Below, one piece after another: positions 51,001 through 63,301 of a DNA stretch of 64,000 bases. The notes below the pieces were generated by a model, which was given only the letters and a program-made list of their open reading frames with translations, did no database searches and had not been told where the DNA came from. Position 1 is the stretch's first letter; the number at the start of each line of letters is the position of its first letter. This DNA comes from Catajapyx aquilonaris. Its lineage: Eukaryota. A program made the translations under genes and the position numbers. The stretch is taken from NCBI GenBank assembly GCA_000934665.2, contig JYFJ02000867.1, positions 1 through 64,000 on the forward strand, in the 5' to 3' direction.

Positions 51001-53350
51001 CACCCAGAGGAGCCAGGCTAAACTTCTCCGAGAAAACGCCTTTTTTGTGAGAGGTGTTTTCGAGACTATTCTATCAAAACTTTACACCTGAGCCTAGCGC
51101 CACATGTTACGGCTTTCATTGCCCAGGCCATTTGAAATATATCCGCATCGATTTATAACCGATCAGAATGTGTTTGGTGCATTTGCAGAGGTCTAGCCGT
51201 ATAAAAAAAATCGCAGTTTTTGAGGATTTAATAATAAATTTTTTAAAGGAGTTTTTAGGATAGGAGAGGGATTTAGGACGCATTTCCAATTCGATATCCT
51301 TGAGGCAAAATCTCCACCTGCTCCCGGTTTTAGTCTCTGCAATGCGCACTGCCTGTTATGTTTACCTTCTTTTACATCCGGGGAAGGGGTGCTGTCGTCC
51401 TCTCAAAATCCACAAACTTTACTGCCCGCGAAACTACGGTTCTATTTCAGTGAGTAATGTGCCAGTCAGGGTCCGCAATTTTGTTTCAATTCGGGCATGT
51501 GTAATGCAATTATTTTTATGGCCCGAAGCCATTACCGGTTATGTGACTGTCAAATAACACTTAAGAGGAGGAGGTTGGACAATTTGGTGTGGTGCTGGAA
51601 GTGCTCATGATTCTTTAAAAAGTTTAAATTTAATCTAGCTGCAGTAACTGAATCAAATTATGTAAAAATCTTTACGAATCCGATGAATATTTGCATGTAA
51701 TTTGCAAGAAGGCATATATTTACCCGTTGCAATGCATACATTATGCAGTACTAATGCAAAATAATGCAAGGTGTATACATGCCCTGTAAATCATTCAAAT
51801 ATGTATTTGTATGCTGAAAACAATGAACTAGGTTTATTCAATTGTGCACTAAGGCATATAAAATTATGCATAAAGTATATAAAATTATGCACTAAGCGAC
51901 TAAGGTATGTAAAATTATGCACTTGATGTTTCAATGGACAAAATAATGTACCAGAGTGTATAAATGCATGACAAGTGTTCAGTGCATCGAAATATCTGGT
52001 CCATGTAACAACTACTTTTTCACCTCAAAATCTATGTTTCTCCTGCTATGACTTTCACAGAGAACAGTGGCGTTAATTGACGAGACCTCGAGCTAATTAG
52101 CTCGGACTAGGCTCCGTCGCTCCAGATGTCGCCAACTGGCTTAATATTGGGGAAGCACAGGGCCCCGTACACCTTGCCTTGTGCAAATTGCAATTTGCAC
52201 TTTGGCGGTTTCCAAACGGACATTCCTAAGCCGCTTTACATTAGATCCGGTTGCAAGTCGAGAGTTATTAAGACTAATTATCCCATTGTTATGGTGTTGC
52301 TAAAGGGACATCAGGAGATGCTTTAGGCTTATTTCAGTGCGAAAGGACACTTTCACTCAGGCTAATGCAAGGACACGTCGCTTTTGCAGCAGAGACATAA
52401 AATCTCTTTCGGCCCATATCATTTTGCGGGAAGCCGTCAAGCTAAGTGAGCATTCCGCCTTTTTTGGAGGGTGGTCCTCAACCGGTTTTAGAGCTAAATA
52501 ATGGCATTATTTGAAGAAAAACGGGCGCGTTACGATACGGGCCCCGACGTCGTTTCCATTAGCCGTCAATGTCTCTGGGTTCGTGTGACTTTCAAATTTA
52601 GGGGGAAGCATTTCGGTTTCAAAGAGGGTTTTTTTGTGGATAAAATTTACAAAAAAAAGAAGCAAGTGGCCGTAAAAAGGGGGGAATAAATTGGTGCGCA
52701 TTAATATTGATCAACTTTGGCCTCGTTACTTATGTTAGCTGTGATGTAATGACCTGATTCTTGTCGAGTACTGCATCAGAAAAGCTGAATGGTAAACCCC
52801 TTTTTATGCTGTACGAACACGGAAGTTTCTAAGGCATCACGACTGCACTTTTTGACAAAATATTGCAGGCTGGATGCTACACAGTCAGAGGGCGAATGAT
52901 GACAGTGTACTGTACATAGAGCGCGCAATATATGTAAATACGGGCATAAAAGAAGTACTGGAAAAAAATGTCGAAATTTCGCTTGGTTCCTCTGTGGACA
53001 TGCCCCTCCCCACAATAGAGTAGCCCTAGGCGTACTGTAGAACGCACTGTACATATTGGCAGAGATTTGCAGGGCCCATATTTGCCGTCATTATCCTGCA
53101 CACAACCGTTTGCGAAATTCTAGATAATTATACATGCGACACCGATGCGCGAATTAAAGTGCATTTAACACTGACACGCTTCGCACCCCCTTTGCTCTAC
53201 TGTTACAATATTGATGCACATTACAGGAGGAGGCACATATTTATTTTGTATTGCAGGGCCATTTGCAGCTACAAAAATTTAGAAAAAATATTTCCCGCAT
53301 TAGCAATAACACTGCCCGGCTTTTCTTGGACGTAGTACGATATGCTACAA

Positions 53351-53458
53351 CCAGATGGCGCGCAAACCACCTCTGCACGCTACTGCCGTTCTCAGGAGGA
53401 AAATAGCACTCCATGCACGTTGGTGATGAGTAACCATCTCGACTAGTCAATTCTATAT
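53351..53458 (+). repeat. Dispersed repeat family X copy
   Basis: CCAGATGGCGCGC..CTCTGCACGCTACTGCC..CATGCACGTTGGTGATGAGT..CTAGTCAATTCTATA. Confidence 0.7.
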
Positions 53459-54407
53459 AAAATTCCTCTGCAGAAGGAAACTGTTATAAATAGGTGATGA
53501 CACTGCCTCTGAAATTGTGCCTGAATGTATCAAGTAGTACTTGCCCCCTTCAGGATACCGTGCTTTTTTGGTGATGGACCTGAGCCACTCAAAGTGTGGA
53601 TCGATCCTCCTTTGATTTCAGTGGAAGCTCTGCACTTCGTCTAGTAAGGCAACAATAAAATTTTTACAGCTGCTGTGGACCAGCCCCCATTTCAATCACT
53701 TTCAAGCTACACCGTGTTTTTTTGGTTTTTTTTCCCCAATCCCGGATTTTTTTTGTGTGGAAAGTTGCGTACCGTACGTGCCGCTTGGAAAACACCGGAC
53801 AGAAAATGGCGAGCATAGTAATTGTCGAGGACACAATTCGATCAAGGTCCGTCGGCGCTTGTGTCCTCAGCGGCAGCAAAACCCAAGACCAAAATCAGCT
53901 CATTGTCTAATGGGCCGGGTTTTATTTCCAGGAGCTAGCACTGCGATATTGCTGATCGATGTGACGGGGGGAGACCTATTTTTATCCGGTACTTTAATGG
54001 CCGAATGCTCTTGCACTGCCACTTTACGACCCGTATGTAAAAAAAAAAAAGCCAGCTGGTTCCATTTTTTTTTGTATCAATTTAAATTTTGGGACAGGGT
54101 GACCAATAAATCCGGTTGGTATATGTATAAATCTAGGTGTATGTAGGGGGCCTCTCCCTGCGGGCCATGGAGGATGGGCCTGGAGACAGGTGGCGATTAT
54201 GGAGATTAACATCTAAACGACGCCGTTGAGCGGAATGGGGACCGACCATGGAATCGATTAACGCGGTTCTTCTCGGGGGAGACGAGATGGACAGACACCA
54301 CCAGAGATGTGGGTCTGATGGGGGTTGTGGGGAGCACATGTCACCTAACACCTGTCCCTCTAGGTTCAATCAACACATACTTAATTAGCACGCTTGGGAC
54401 CCCCTCA

Positions 54408-54524
54408 CATAGATGGCTCAACCTCCCTCTTTGCACACTGCTGCCACTCTCAAGGGAACAGCAGTACTACATGCACGTTGGTGATGAGTCACCGTGGACA
54501 GAGTCTCGCCTAGCCAGTTCTGTA
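54408..54524 (+). repeat. Dispersed repeat family X copy
   Basis: CATAGATGGC..TGCACACTGCTGCCACTCTC..CTACATGCACGTTGGTGATGAGTC..GGACAGAGTCTCGCCTAGCCAGTTCTGTA. Confidence 0.7.
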
Positions 54525-54529
54525 CATGA

Positions 54530-54754
54530 CTAGCAGCGGAGCCAGTTCTTCGCACGGTCTGTATCCATGGTAAAACCGTTGGGAATACAATGTGCCTATT
54601 AAAGGGATACGAATGGTTATAAAATGTGTATCCGCTATTGGGATATACCGTACCATAGGCTATCATCCCTGCCCCTCTACCTGGACAAACAAACAAACTG
54701 CATCATATAGATTACAAGCAAACAAACAAAAACTTTGCCTTTCATAATAATAGA
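54530..54754 (-). mobile_element. Non-autonomous Helitron (same family)
   Basis: Minus strand A|TCTATTATTATGAAAGGCAAAGTTTTTG..CCATGGATACAGACCGTGCGAAGAACTGGCTCCGCTGCTAG|T. Confidence 0.85.
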
Positions 54755-56075
54755 TATACTTATTTGATTTCGTATAATTGTAAAAATCGGACTGTGAATG
54801 AGGCAATATCGAGGAGTAAAAATTACTGTAATAAACTATAATTACCCGCGGCCATGGTAATCAGTTGCCGTGGTTACCAAATCTGGATAAACAAATAAAC
54901 GTTTCATGTTATAATAGAGATGGTGATGATGATGATAATCAGAGATCTACCATAATTTTCCTTGATTTAACAGGTATTTTGCATCGATGCCCTTTTGCTG
55001 AGATGCGTCACATTTTGGTACATTTCCATACGGAGCCGTAGGTCGCAATGCAGACGTTATGACTGATTTACTACGACATGCGGTAATTTTTTTGAGGGGG
55101 GCTATAGGGTGGCGGTGCGCAGTAATTCGTGGGATTGCGCTCATTTATAAAAAAATTCCATGAATTTCAACACATTTGAGTCAGAAATAGCTGTGGGTTA
55201 GCGCTCTAGCTTTTTTGTGTGTGACGGATGGGCTCGTTCATGCAAAATGAAATATTCTTTTCACGGTTTTTCGGGTAATGTTCTCGTTATTTCATCTGCT
55301 GGGTGTTATTGACTGAATTTCGCTCTGTTATGGGGGCCAGGAAGCTTGTAAGGTTGAAATTATTGAATGGATTTTGCCTTTCGGAACAACTACAGTAGTA
55401 TGAACACGTAGGGTACTGCACAGGCAGGAATTTGTTTGAATTAGTAAGAAACACATCCATTATATCGCTATTATTATGAGTGATATTCAAATATAGCGAC
55501 GTGTAACTTGCCAAAACTATATACGGTATTACTAGCTTGTTATGATCAGAGCAATAATCAAGTTATTCGTGATGTAATAACTGCGAATATTGACTGCTGT
55601 GCAGCATTTATTTATGTGGCAAACAAGGTGTGCAATTTTATACCGAGCTCAAAACAAACTTTTTTTTGCAAGTTATGACAGGCAATACGATTTAGCTATT
55701 GATTCAGCACGGAGTGAAACAAAGAAATAGGATGTTTTTGAAACCACCCAATATTTGTACAAAGTTGCAGGGTATGTTTGCTGCCTGCGTTGACAAAAAA
55801 CTTAAGCGCCCCAAACATGTTTATTTGCCATACCATTTGGCTGATAAATTTATGACCTCGACATATATACCTTTCCCCTCCGCAGAAATGCAGTATTCAG
55901 GATGCATTAGTAGGCCTACTTTGTTAAAAGCACTGCAAGATTAAAACAGGCTTACGCGCAACTTCGCCTTGTGTAACTCCCCATATTTGCATGCGCTACA
56001 GTGTATTATACTCTTGTAAAGCCAACTCTGAAGTTTCATATTAACCCATATATGACTGAATTAATTTTTGTTTAA

Positions 56076-56571
56076 ATTTTTATACTTTTCTCATTTAAAA
56101 ACGTATCATAGAACGAGCCAGAACTGCCAGTCTGTCTGTGGATAGATATCAGGATCTAAACCGCAAGAGATAGCGATAGCGGTTTTTGGATTCGGATTCA
56201 GTGGACCCTAAATAAGTTTCATGGCCAACTTCTGGTTTTCAGGGTTCATTCTTTCCTCCAAAGTCAAGTCTACATGGTTTAGGGCCGATTTCTCGAACAG
56301 TGGTTCAAATGTAAACCCGGTTCAAAGCCGGTTTAAACCCTTGACAACAGCCTAACAACAATCAAATCAGGGATTAAACTGGTTTTGAACCCGGTTTACA
56401 TTTGAACCACTGTTCGAGAAAACGGCCCTTAGTAATGATTTTTCCTTAGGTTACTTGGCAACGAGAAACGAAACTGACAACATTCTATGTTATTGATGTC
56501 CAATTAGAATTTTCTTTGCAATGAGAAAAAGTCTACTCGAATCACGTTCGCCTGATTTTCCAATCTCGATT
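56076..56571 (+). mobile_element. HINE/DINE-1-like element, interrupted by a MITE
   Basis: Colinear with 47420-47810 (AAACCGCAAGAGA..GGATTC(C/G)GATTCAG..GACCCTAAATA..GTTACTTGG..). Subterminal IR ACTTTTCTCAT/ATGAGAAAAAGT and a degraded 3' hairpin. Confidence 0.8.
56282..56428. mobile_element. PIF/Harbinger (Tourist-like) MITE, 147 bp
   Basis: Almost fully palindromic with ~63-bp TIRs GGGCCG(A/T)TTTCTCGAACAGTGGTTCAAATGTAAACC.., and a perfect TTA TSD at 56279-56281 and 56429-56431. Confidence 0.92.
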
Positions 56572-59500
56572 GAATATTTTTATGAACGGACACTAACTGT
56601 ATAGATAAATTTTTCCCCAAGCACAACTGTGCTGATTGATATTCGCGCAGCTTGCAGGGTTGGCGTTATCAATGATAGCTGATATGGTTATAAATTAAGC
56701 GCTGCACTTATTTCCAACGCTACGTTGCCAAGGCTCTGGAACGACCCTCAGAGTTGATTCCCCCCCCCCCCCGGGCAGTGTACAGTACCACCCTGTATGT
56801 ACACTCCAGAGAGACCCAATCCAAAGCCAATCCTGGGCTAGAACCGCGCCCTTCCTGAATAAGTGACAGGAACCCACCGAAAAAATTCTGGTCACGTCTC
56901 TAAGTGCGAGAGATATGTGAGCCATTCACCTGTCTTGGTGGTGCAGCTGCCGAAAAGAGGGTGGAGGGGGTCCCTTGGATTTTTTGGCACTTTGGTGGGT
57001 CCGAAGGAATGAGCAGTCAAGGGTGAAGTGTGGCCCGCTTCGTTACTGACCGGAATTTTTGGCAGCTCCGGATTGGTCCAAAAGGAAGAAAAAAAATATA
57101 TAAAGTTTTTAGTAAGCTGGACCGCACGTATACATTTTCAATTCTACTGGCTGGCTGGTGGTGTAAAAACACCAAAATCTGTGTTGGTTAGTGGTATGGG
57201 TGCTGCTGCCTCTTTTTTATTGCTGCCGAAAAGTCGTGACCTGAGAATCATTTTCAAATTCTAGCGCATTGCTGTAGAGTTTTTATCATATACCCAACCT
57301 TCCGGTTGGGTGGTAATGTGCTTCTCAGCATACAATCTGATTGGGTGCCTCTTCTTTTTTTATATATACTATAGGGGTTCGAAGATGGGGTTTTCTTGGA
57401 GATGAAGTGTTTCCGGTTACTAAACTCGAAAGGTGCCGAGAGTGGGGCTGTCAATCTTGATTTGCATGTGCTGGATAGGGGTGATAGTTGGGAGGGATTT
57501 TTTTTTGGGTCGAGAGAGAAAAAAAAAACTCTGAATAGAATGCTTGGAATATTTCCCACGCAGAAATTGCGGTGAAACAGTGCATGGCTAAGTCGGTGAG
57601 AGGTTGCGGATTCAATGCGGGCTCAGATGTCAACGGTTGAAAGAAGAGAAGAAATTGATTTGACAAGTTTTGAGAGAAACAAAATTTAATTATTTCTTTT
57701 TGCCAATTGTGCAGACAGCTTATTTCAACTTAAATTCCAAATTAGTGCGGATAATATTTTGTGCATGACTTTTTGTCTACGTTGTGTACAGAAAACTCCG
57801 TAATGGATTTACAGAATAGTGTCATGTTACTTGGTTCAGTTGACTTGTGAAAAATTGCGACACGAAATAACGAGCTTACAAACATATCTTAAAAGCTTCT
57901 TTTGTCGGCTTAATAAACTGCCTGCTCTGTACAACCTGATTTTCGGATGACTGCTTTTTCTGTACGGGGGAAAATGTTCGGAACAAAATTTATACTGTAG
58001 CTGATTTGGAACAACATCACAATGTAAAAGGATTTTAAACAATCAATTAATTAGCATATATAATGATATAGTGAAAAAGCTTCTCAAGTGCATACGAAGT
58101 CTTTCATATGAACCAGTACTGTATATTTCTAAGGGCCGACTGGAAAATGAAAAATGGACCATTTCCTTGTTGCCATTAATTAATTAAATGTGTTCAGATA
58201 CTGCTGTTGTCAACAATAATTTATTAAAAATTGATTAGTATAGTCTCGACATCTTTTAAACCGAAAAATTTCCTGGACTCGATTTGTTTTGTATACCTGA
58301 CCATTATTCGTATGGAAATATTGCATCCCATTTAATATGAATTCACAGATCTGGCGATGATGACCTTGCAGGTTTTGATGGATAGCGAGAAAATGCACTT
58401 TATATGTGGAGGTTGTGCTTCTTATTGGGTCTCTCTCTATATACACAGTATAAAGGTCCGCATGCCTTGGGAGCTGGGTTTTCTATACTTGGTGTGTCAC
58501 AGCTGCAGTCGTCATCCGCTTTTCCCACAACGGCCAACCCTAGTAGATCAAGGAACGCTCGTCTTTTTAGGATCCCTGAGAGGATTCAACTTCTTTTTTT
58601 CTTTCTCTAGCTCTCCTTTTGCCACTTTTCTTGCCTCCATTTTCGTACAAGAGAGATGGGGGGGAAAGTATGGTGTATAAAATTTCAAAGCATAAGTCGC
58701 ATTTGGTCACACACAAAGCAACACAAAGGACAGTACATTTAAAAAAAATATCGATTCTGGTGTCGTTTAGAAGTAGCATACCACTTTGTTAGCTCTATAG
58801 TAATTTATATTATTTAAAGTGGCCCGTTATTAATGTATGATATATAGTGTACACAAATTATTTAGCGTAATGTATTAACGTGTCTGTTACACAGTGCGTA
58901 CCGCAAATTGAGCGGATGGTGTATGTAGTAATAGCTGGTCTATTAATTTGATAAAACGATTTAATATTAATTTATGCAATCTATTATTTATATGTTACCT
59001 CGGTGTTTGTATAATGTAGCCTCAGCGGTCAATGTACAGTATTTTGTCTAGTCCTGGAAATCCGCAGAGAAAGTGAGCACTTTTGCACCGCCCTGTATTA
59101 TGTTTTTGATCGCTAATAATAATATTGGCAACAAACTCTCGATCGAGAGTGTACCGCACATAAAATCGCAGTATTGAACACAACCTAATCACAATTTTTC
59201 CCTATTGTAATCAGCAGTGCAATATACTCTCTGTACGACATATCTCTCCGATCACGATAAAGACATTACAGTGACCGTGAGCTCCTCTTATCATATTCAT
59301 CGAAAACGTAATCCTCCTCTGGAATCACACCCAAACGGCTATTGGCTCCTATTCTTGTCATTTCACTCCATGCGATTCGTTACTGGAGCGCAGGCATGAC
59401 CCAGATATTGATACAGGTATTGACGGATATTTCGTGGGTTCGCAGGGAAACCAAAATGGTGGTCAAGTGGGGGCCCTGCCCTTACACGACCACAGGTAAA

Positions 59501-61801
59501 ATAAAGATACATGGAACCATATAGTGCGAGAAATAAGTGGGGTGTGAGATCTGGGCTGTTCAAACATAACGACAGTGGAAAGAGGTAAACAAAAGGATTA
59601 TCTGCGAGATTTTCCAGGGCAAGTTAGGAAGTTGAACCCCCGTGGCCCAGGAGAAACCCGAGGGGTGATTAGGAAATTACCAAGTTGGTCCCGGGCTTTC
59701 TAAACGCTGAGGAAGTAGTGGCGCTAAACGTCGGAAGGATTACAGGTACATAACGTGAGAGATGATAGGGGATGGGGGGGGGGGGGGCGAGACTTTTCGC
59801 AGCATCAGCCCCCATAGGGCTCAAGTCACTTTGCACACCTGATTACCCAAGGCCAGGTGAGCTGGTGAAGGAAATTGCCTCTGCCAATTACCTGCTACCC
59901 ACTTTGCGGCCGCGTTAATCCAGGCCGCACAATCCCCCTCCGCCAACCTGGATTTGCAGGTTATTTCGGGGGGAGAAAACTGGGGAAGAAAAAGGAGCCA
60001 TTACTTAAGGCCCTGTGTAGTTATGCAGTGTCATAACATTGGGGCGTAAATTTGGACGAAATTTGTTGCTTCCACGATAGATGGCGCATTTACTGCCACT
60101 CTCAGGATCGTCCGAGAGTAGACTACTGGACAAACAGGGGCACATACCAATAACTGGTGGAATAACAGTTATTTTGCTAGACAGTAAATAAACAGAATTG
60201 GTCGTGCCAACTCCTTCAAATCTCTACATACATAAAGCAGAAAGTTTGTTGCTATGTATGTCACGGCAGCAAACTTTCTGCTTTATATATGAGTAGGCCA
60301 TTATCATAACCTGGCTACCTTCCTCCGGTAGAACGATTCAAAAAGCAGGTATATCCGATTTACTGCGTCTTTCCACGGCCCAGGTGACCTTGTCCAATTG
60401 GAGTTGGACCCGAGGTGAAAATGTTCCATAGATTGGAAATACAAGTACGAATTTAGCATTGAGTTGATGCCTGTAACCAGGAATTAACACACTTTTGACA
60501 ATTGCGAGATAGCCTGGTTTTGATCATGACCTACTCAGAGTGGTCGTACAAGAAGGGACAAAACGAGTGAAGATTTAAATCACTCGTTTTATCCCTTCTT
60601 GTAGTACGCCCCACCTTTTGACTCCTTGTGGGTCAGTCTCATTCTCACTTGATTGTCGACTCGGTCCCTTTTCCTTTCCCTCACAAGTTCCTCCGGATTC
60701 ATAAAGGAAGGTGGCAAGGAGCCAGCATTTTCAGGGTATAGTGGTAAGCTTTGCAAGGAGCCAGGTTCACTTTGGGAGATGCCACCAATTTCTCGCAGGA
60801 AATTGTCCTGCCAGGAAAAGGGGGGGGGGGGGGGGACCCCCTNACTCCCCTTTGAAGGGGATAGGTCTGTCCGGACTGGCCATTTGACGGATTGGAGGGT
60901 TGGGTTTTGCTATGTGAAGCCCGCCTTTTCCATTTGGGCGATTGCCTACAGATAGAGATGAGACTGATCCTACAAGCTACTATGCGAAGATTTTTTTTCT
61001 TGATTTAAAAAATAAATAAAACTGGTATTTGCGTATTGACAAGAAGCGGGGCGTTGTTTCGTCATTAATTTGACTTTCAGCCTGAGGGGCAATTTAAAAA
61101 GTTTTTGGTGCCGAGCTCCGGGGAGGGCTCTGTTAGGATTTGTAGTGTCGGAAGAACAAATGAATTATTAACGTGGATTAAGATTGTAGCTGGCTTGGAA
61201 GACGTGGAGGCCCGTGTTTTTGGGAGCGGAAGATGACTGGCAGACTTTTAAAGTTGCGAGATGAGCTGTAGGGAAATGGGGCGCCGAAATATTCCAAATT
61301 TCACGAGCTGGGTTTGTTGTAGTGTGTATGAAGCAAACAAAAAATGCATATACCGGATTTCTGGGCGCTATTTAGATACCAGATCTTTTTACGAGTCGCA
61401 TTATCACATATTACACAGCTCAACATTTTGGCCTTTGAGAGATCATACAAAGCACTTGCGACGTTTACAACACCCCGAATGATGACAAAATCAGGTCGCG
61501 ATTTGGGATTGTAAACAGCCCCTGGAATTGCAGACTTATTGCTCCTCATGTCTCAGAGGAAAAAAAAACATCAGCATAGCACCTTTAAAGCCTCTTCTGC
61601 GATAAGTCCTGAATGTTCATTGCCCTACCAATTATCATAAAGTCGCGCCAGGCATGACCAGTGAGATGTTACAGAAGTGACGCGCCTTCAGATAAAAGAG
61701 GAAAAGTTATACGTTGTTGCGATAAGGCTCATGCACACAAATAAAACACGACGAACTATACGGTAGTCCCAAGATTTAACAGAATTTCTTGTCTCCAGGT
61801 T

Positions 61802-61990
61802 GACCGAATCAGGTTGGCATAGTGGATAAGGCGTCCGACTGCTAATCGGGAGGTCCTGGGTTCGAATCCCGGGGCCGGCAACCTTGACTGTGGTTTTCTG
61901 TGGTTTTCCATGGTCTTTCTAGGATAATTCCGGGGTCGCTTCCGTATAATAGGCCACAGCCGCTTCCTTCCTTCCCTATCCTTGGAGGTT
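61802..61990 (+). mobile_element. tRNA-derived SINE (second family)
   Basis: A box TGGCATAGTGG (61815-61825), B box GGTTCGAATCC (61859-61869) and an anticodon-like loop CTGCTAA. The body GTGGTTTTCTGTGGTTTTCC..AGGCCACAGCCGCTTCCTTCC resembles the conserved body of arthropod tRNA-SINEs, from memory. Confidence 0.78.
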
Positions 61991-62345
61991 GAAAGGCAAT
62001 GCTGGGCCAACCTCCTTAAATATCAATTATAAAGTCTCCAGGTTGAATCTATTGAACCAACCAAACCTATATATGTTAATTTTTAATTTTATGAAGAGTA
62101 GTTTTGGTGGTTCTCATGACCTCGGGAAAAAGAGGCAGAGGGAGGATAATCAAAATGGGCCGTTATTGCTCGTAGGTTTAATGTACTCGCGGGGGAGTCC
62201 ATTATGTGTTAATTACCAAATCGTTATGGCTGTGGTGAAACCGTTACACGCGTCACTCGTCAACTCTCATCTCACTGAAGTTGGTGCTGCACCACACAAT
62301 TTACCCCTTGTTTTTTTAAACTCCATCCGAATGAACCCTATACGT

Positions 62346-62347
<2 letters not shown>

Positions 62348-62427
<80 letters not shown>

Positions 62428-62454
62428 AATAATAATAATAATAATAATAATAAT
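62348..62454. repeat. Compound microsatellite (AAT)n(AAC)n(AAT)n
   Basis: Directly visible. Confidence 0.98.
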
Positions 62455-62504
62455 CGGGTGCAATTTTTTGTGACTTTTGACGATTACATCACTTTTCAGA
62501 AAAA

Positions 62505-62624
62505 TCTTGCATATAAGTATATCAAAGGGAAAGTTTGTCTGTCAATGGCATCAAAACACGATGATTGACCATCGTTGATTACCATGGAAAAACAGGCCGT
62601 GCGAAGAACGGGCTTCACTGCTAG
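62505..62624 (+). mobile_element. Short non-autonomous Helitron (same family), followed by the 5' end of a second copy
   Basis: A|TCTTG..AAAGGGAAAGTTTGTCTG..CCATGGAAAAACAGGCCGTGCGAAGAACGGGCTTCACTGCTAG, then immediately TCTATG..AAAAGGCAAAGTTTGTTG. Confidence 0.8.
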
Positions 62625-63229
62625 TCTATGTAGGCTTTGTAAAAGGCAAAGTTTGTTGTTGTGAGGATAAATTTAACATGAATTTATTCGTCGCTTTTAG
62701 GATGCAGTAAATTGTTTTTATTCTACGAAGATCGCATCAGAAAACGGACATAATTGTTTATCCAGTGTTTCATGTGGTTGGAAGATTCACCTGGACAGCT
62801 TTGAGTCACCCTGTAGTTCGGGCGCGTTCATCAGACGACAAAACACGCTGCCAAAGCCGTGGAGGGTGCGTTCATTCGAAGACAAATAAAGCTTGATACA
62901 CTTTCCCGGGTTGGTAAGAGCATCACATCAAGGAGGTTTCTTTTCTAAAGGTTTTTTGGCGAAAGAGAGAGAGAGAAAAAAATTCTGTCTGGATTCCTTG
63001 GGTCTCATTCTAGTTCTTGAGGATCACGTCTTTTTGTGTGTGGGTGGGTTGGGGAGGGTTAGAAGATTGGGCTTTGGCAGGCCCCACCCTCGAGAATTCG
63101 GGAAACCCTCTCCTGGAGTCTTGTGTGGGCTCCAAGCCAGCTTCCGGAGCACAAGGAATTCCGGGCCTTTCCACTTATACGGGGATTACACGGGGACCTT
63201 GTGGAGAGAAGCCTGCACCCAGACCTTTA

Positions 63230-63231
<2 letters not shown>

Positions 63232-63300
<69 letters not shown>
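63232..63300. repeat. (GA)n microsatellite
   Basis: About 34 uninterrupted GA units; the source of the spurious ER- and SL-repeat ORFs. Confidence 0.98.

Positions 63301-63301
<1 letters not shown>

Noticed and set aside
52485..52496. GTTTTAGAGCTA, identical to the start of the type II-A CRISPR repeat/sgRNA scaffold
   Set aside because: A single 12-mer with no continuation, array or cas gene; a chance match.
61802..61880. Functional tRNA-Ser(GCT) gene
   Set aside because: It lacks the long variable arm and a proper acceptor stem, and it continues into a SINE body.
62808..62824. miR-10/miR-993-like ACCCTGTAGTTCGGG
   Set aside because: No complementary star arm or hairpin in the flanking sequence.
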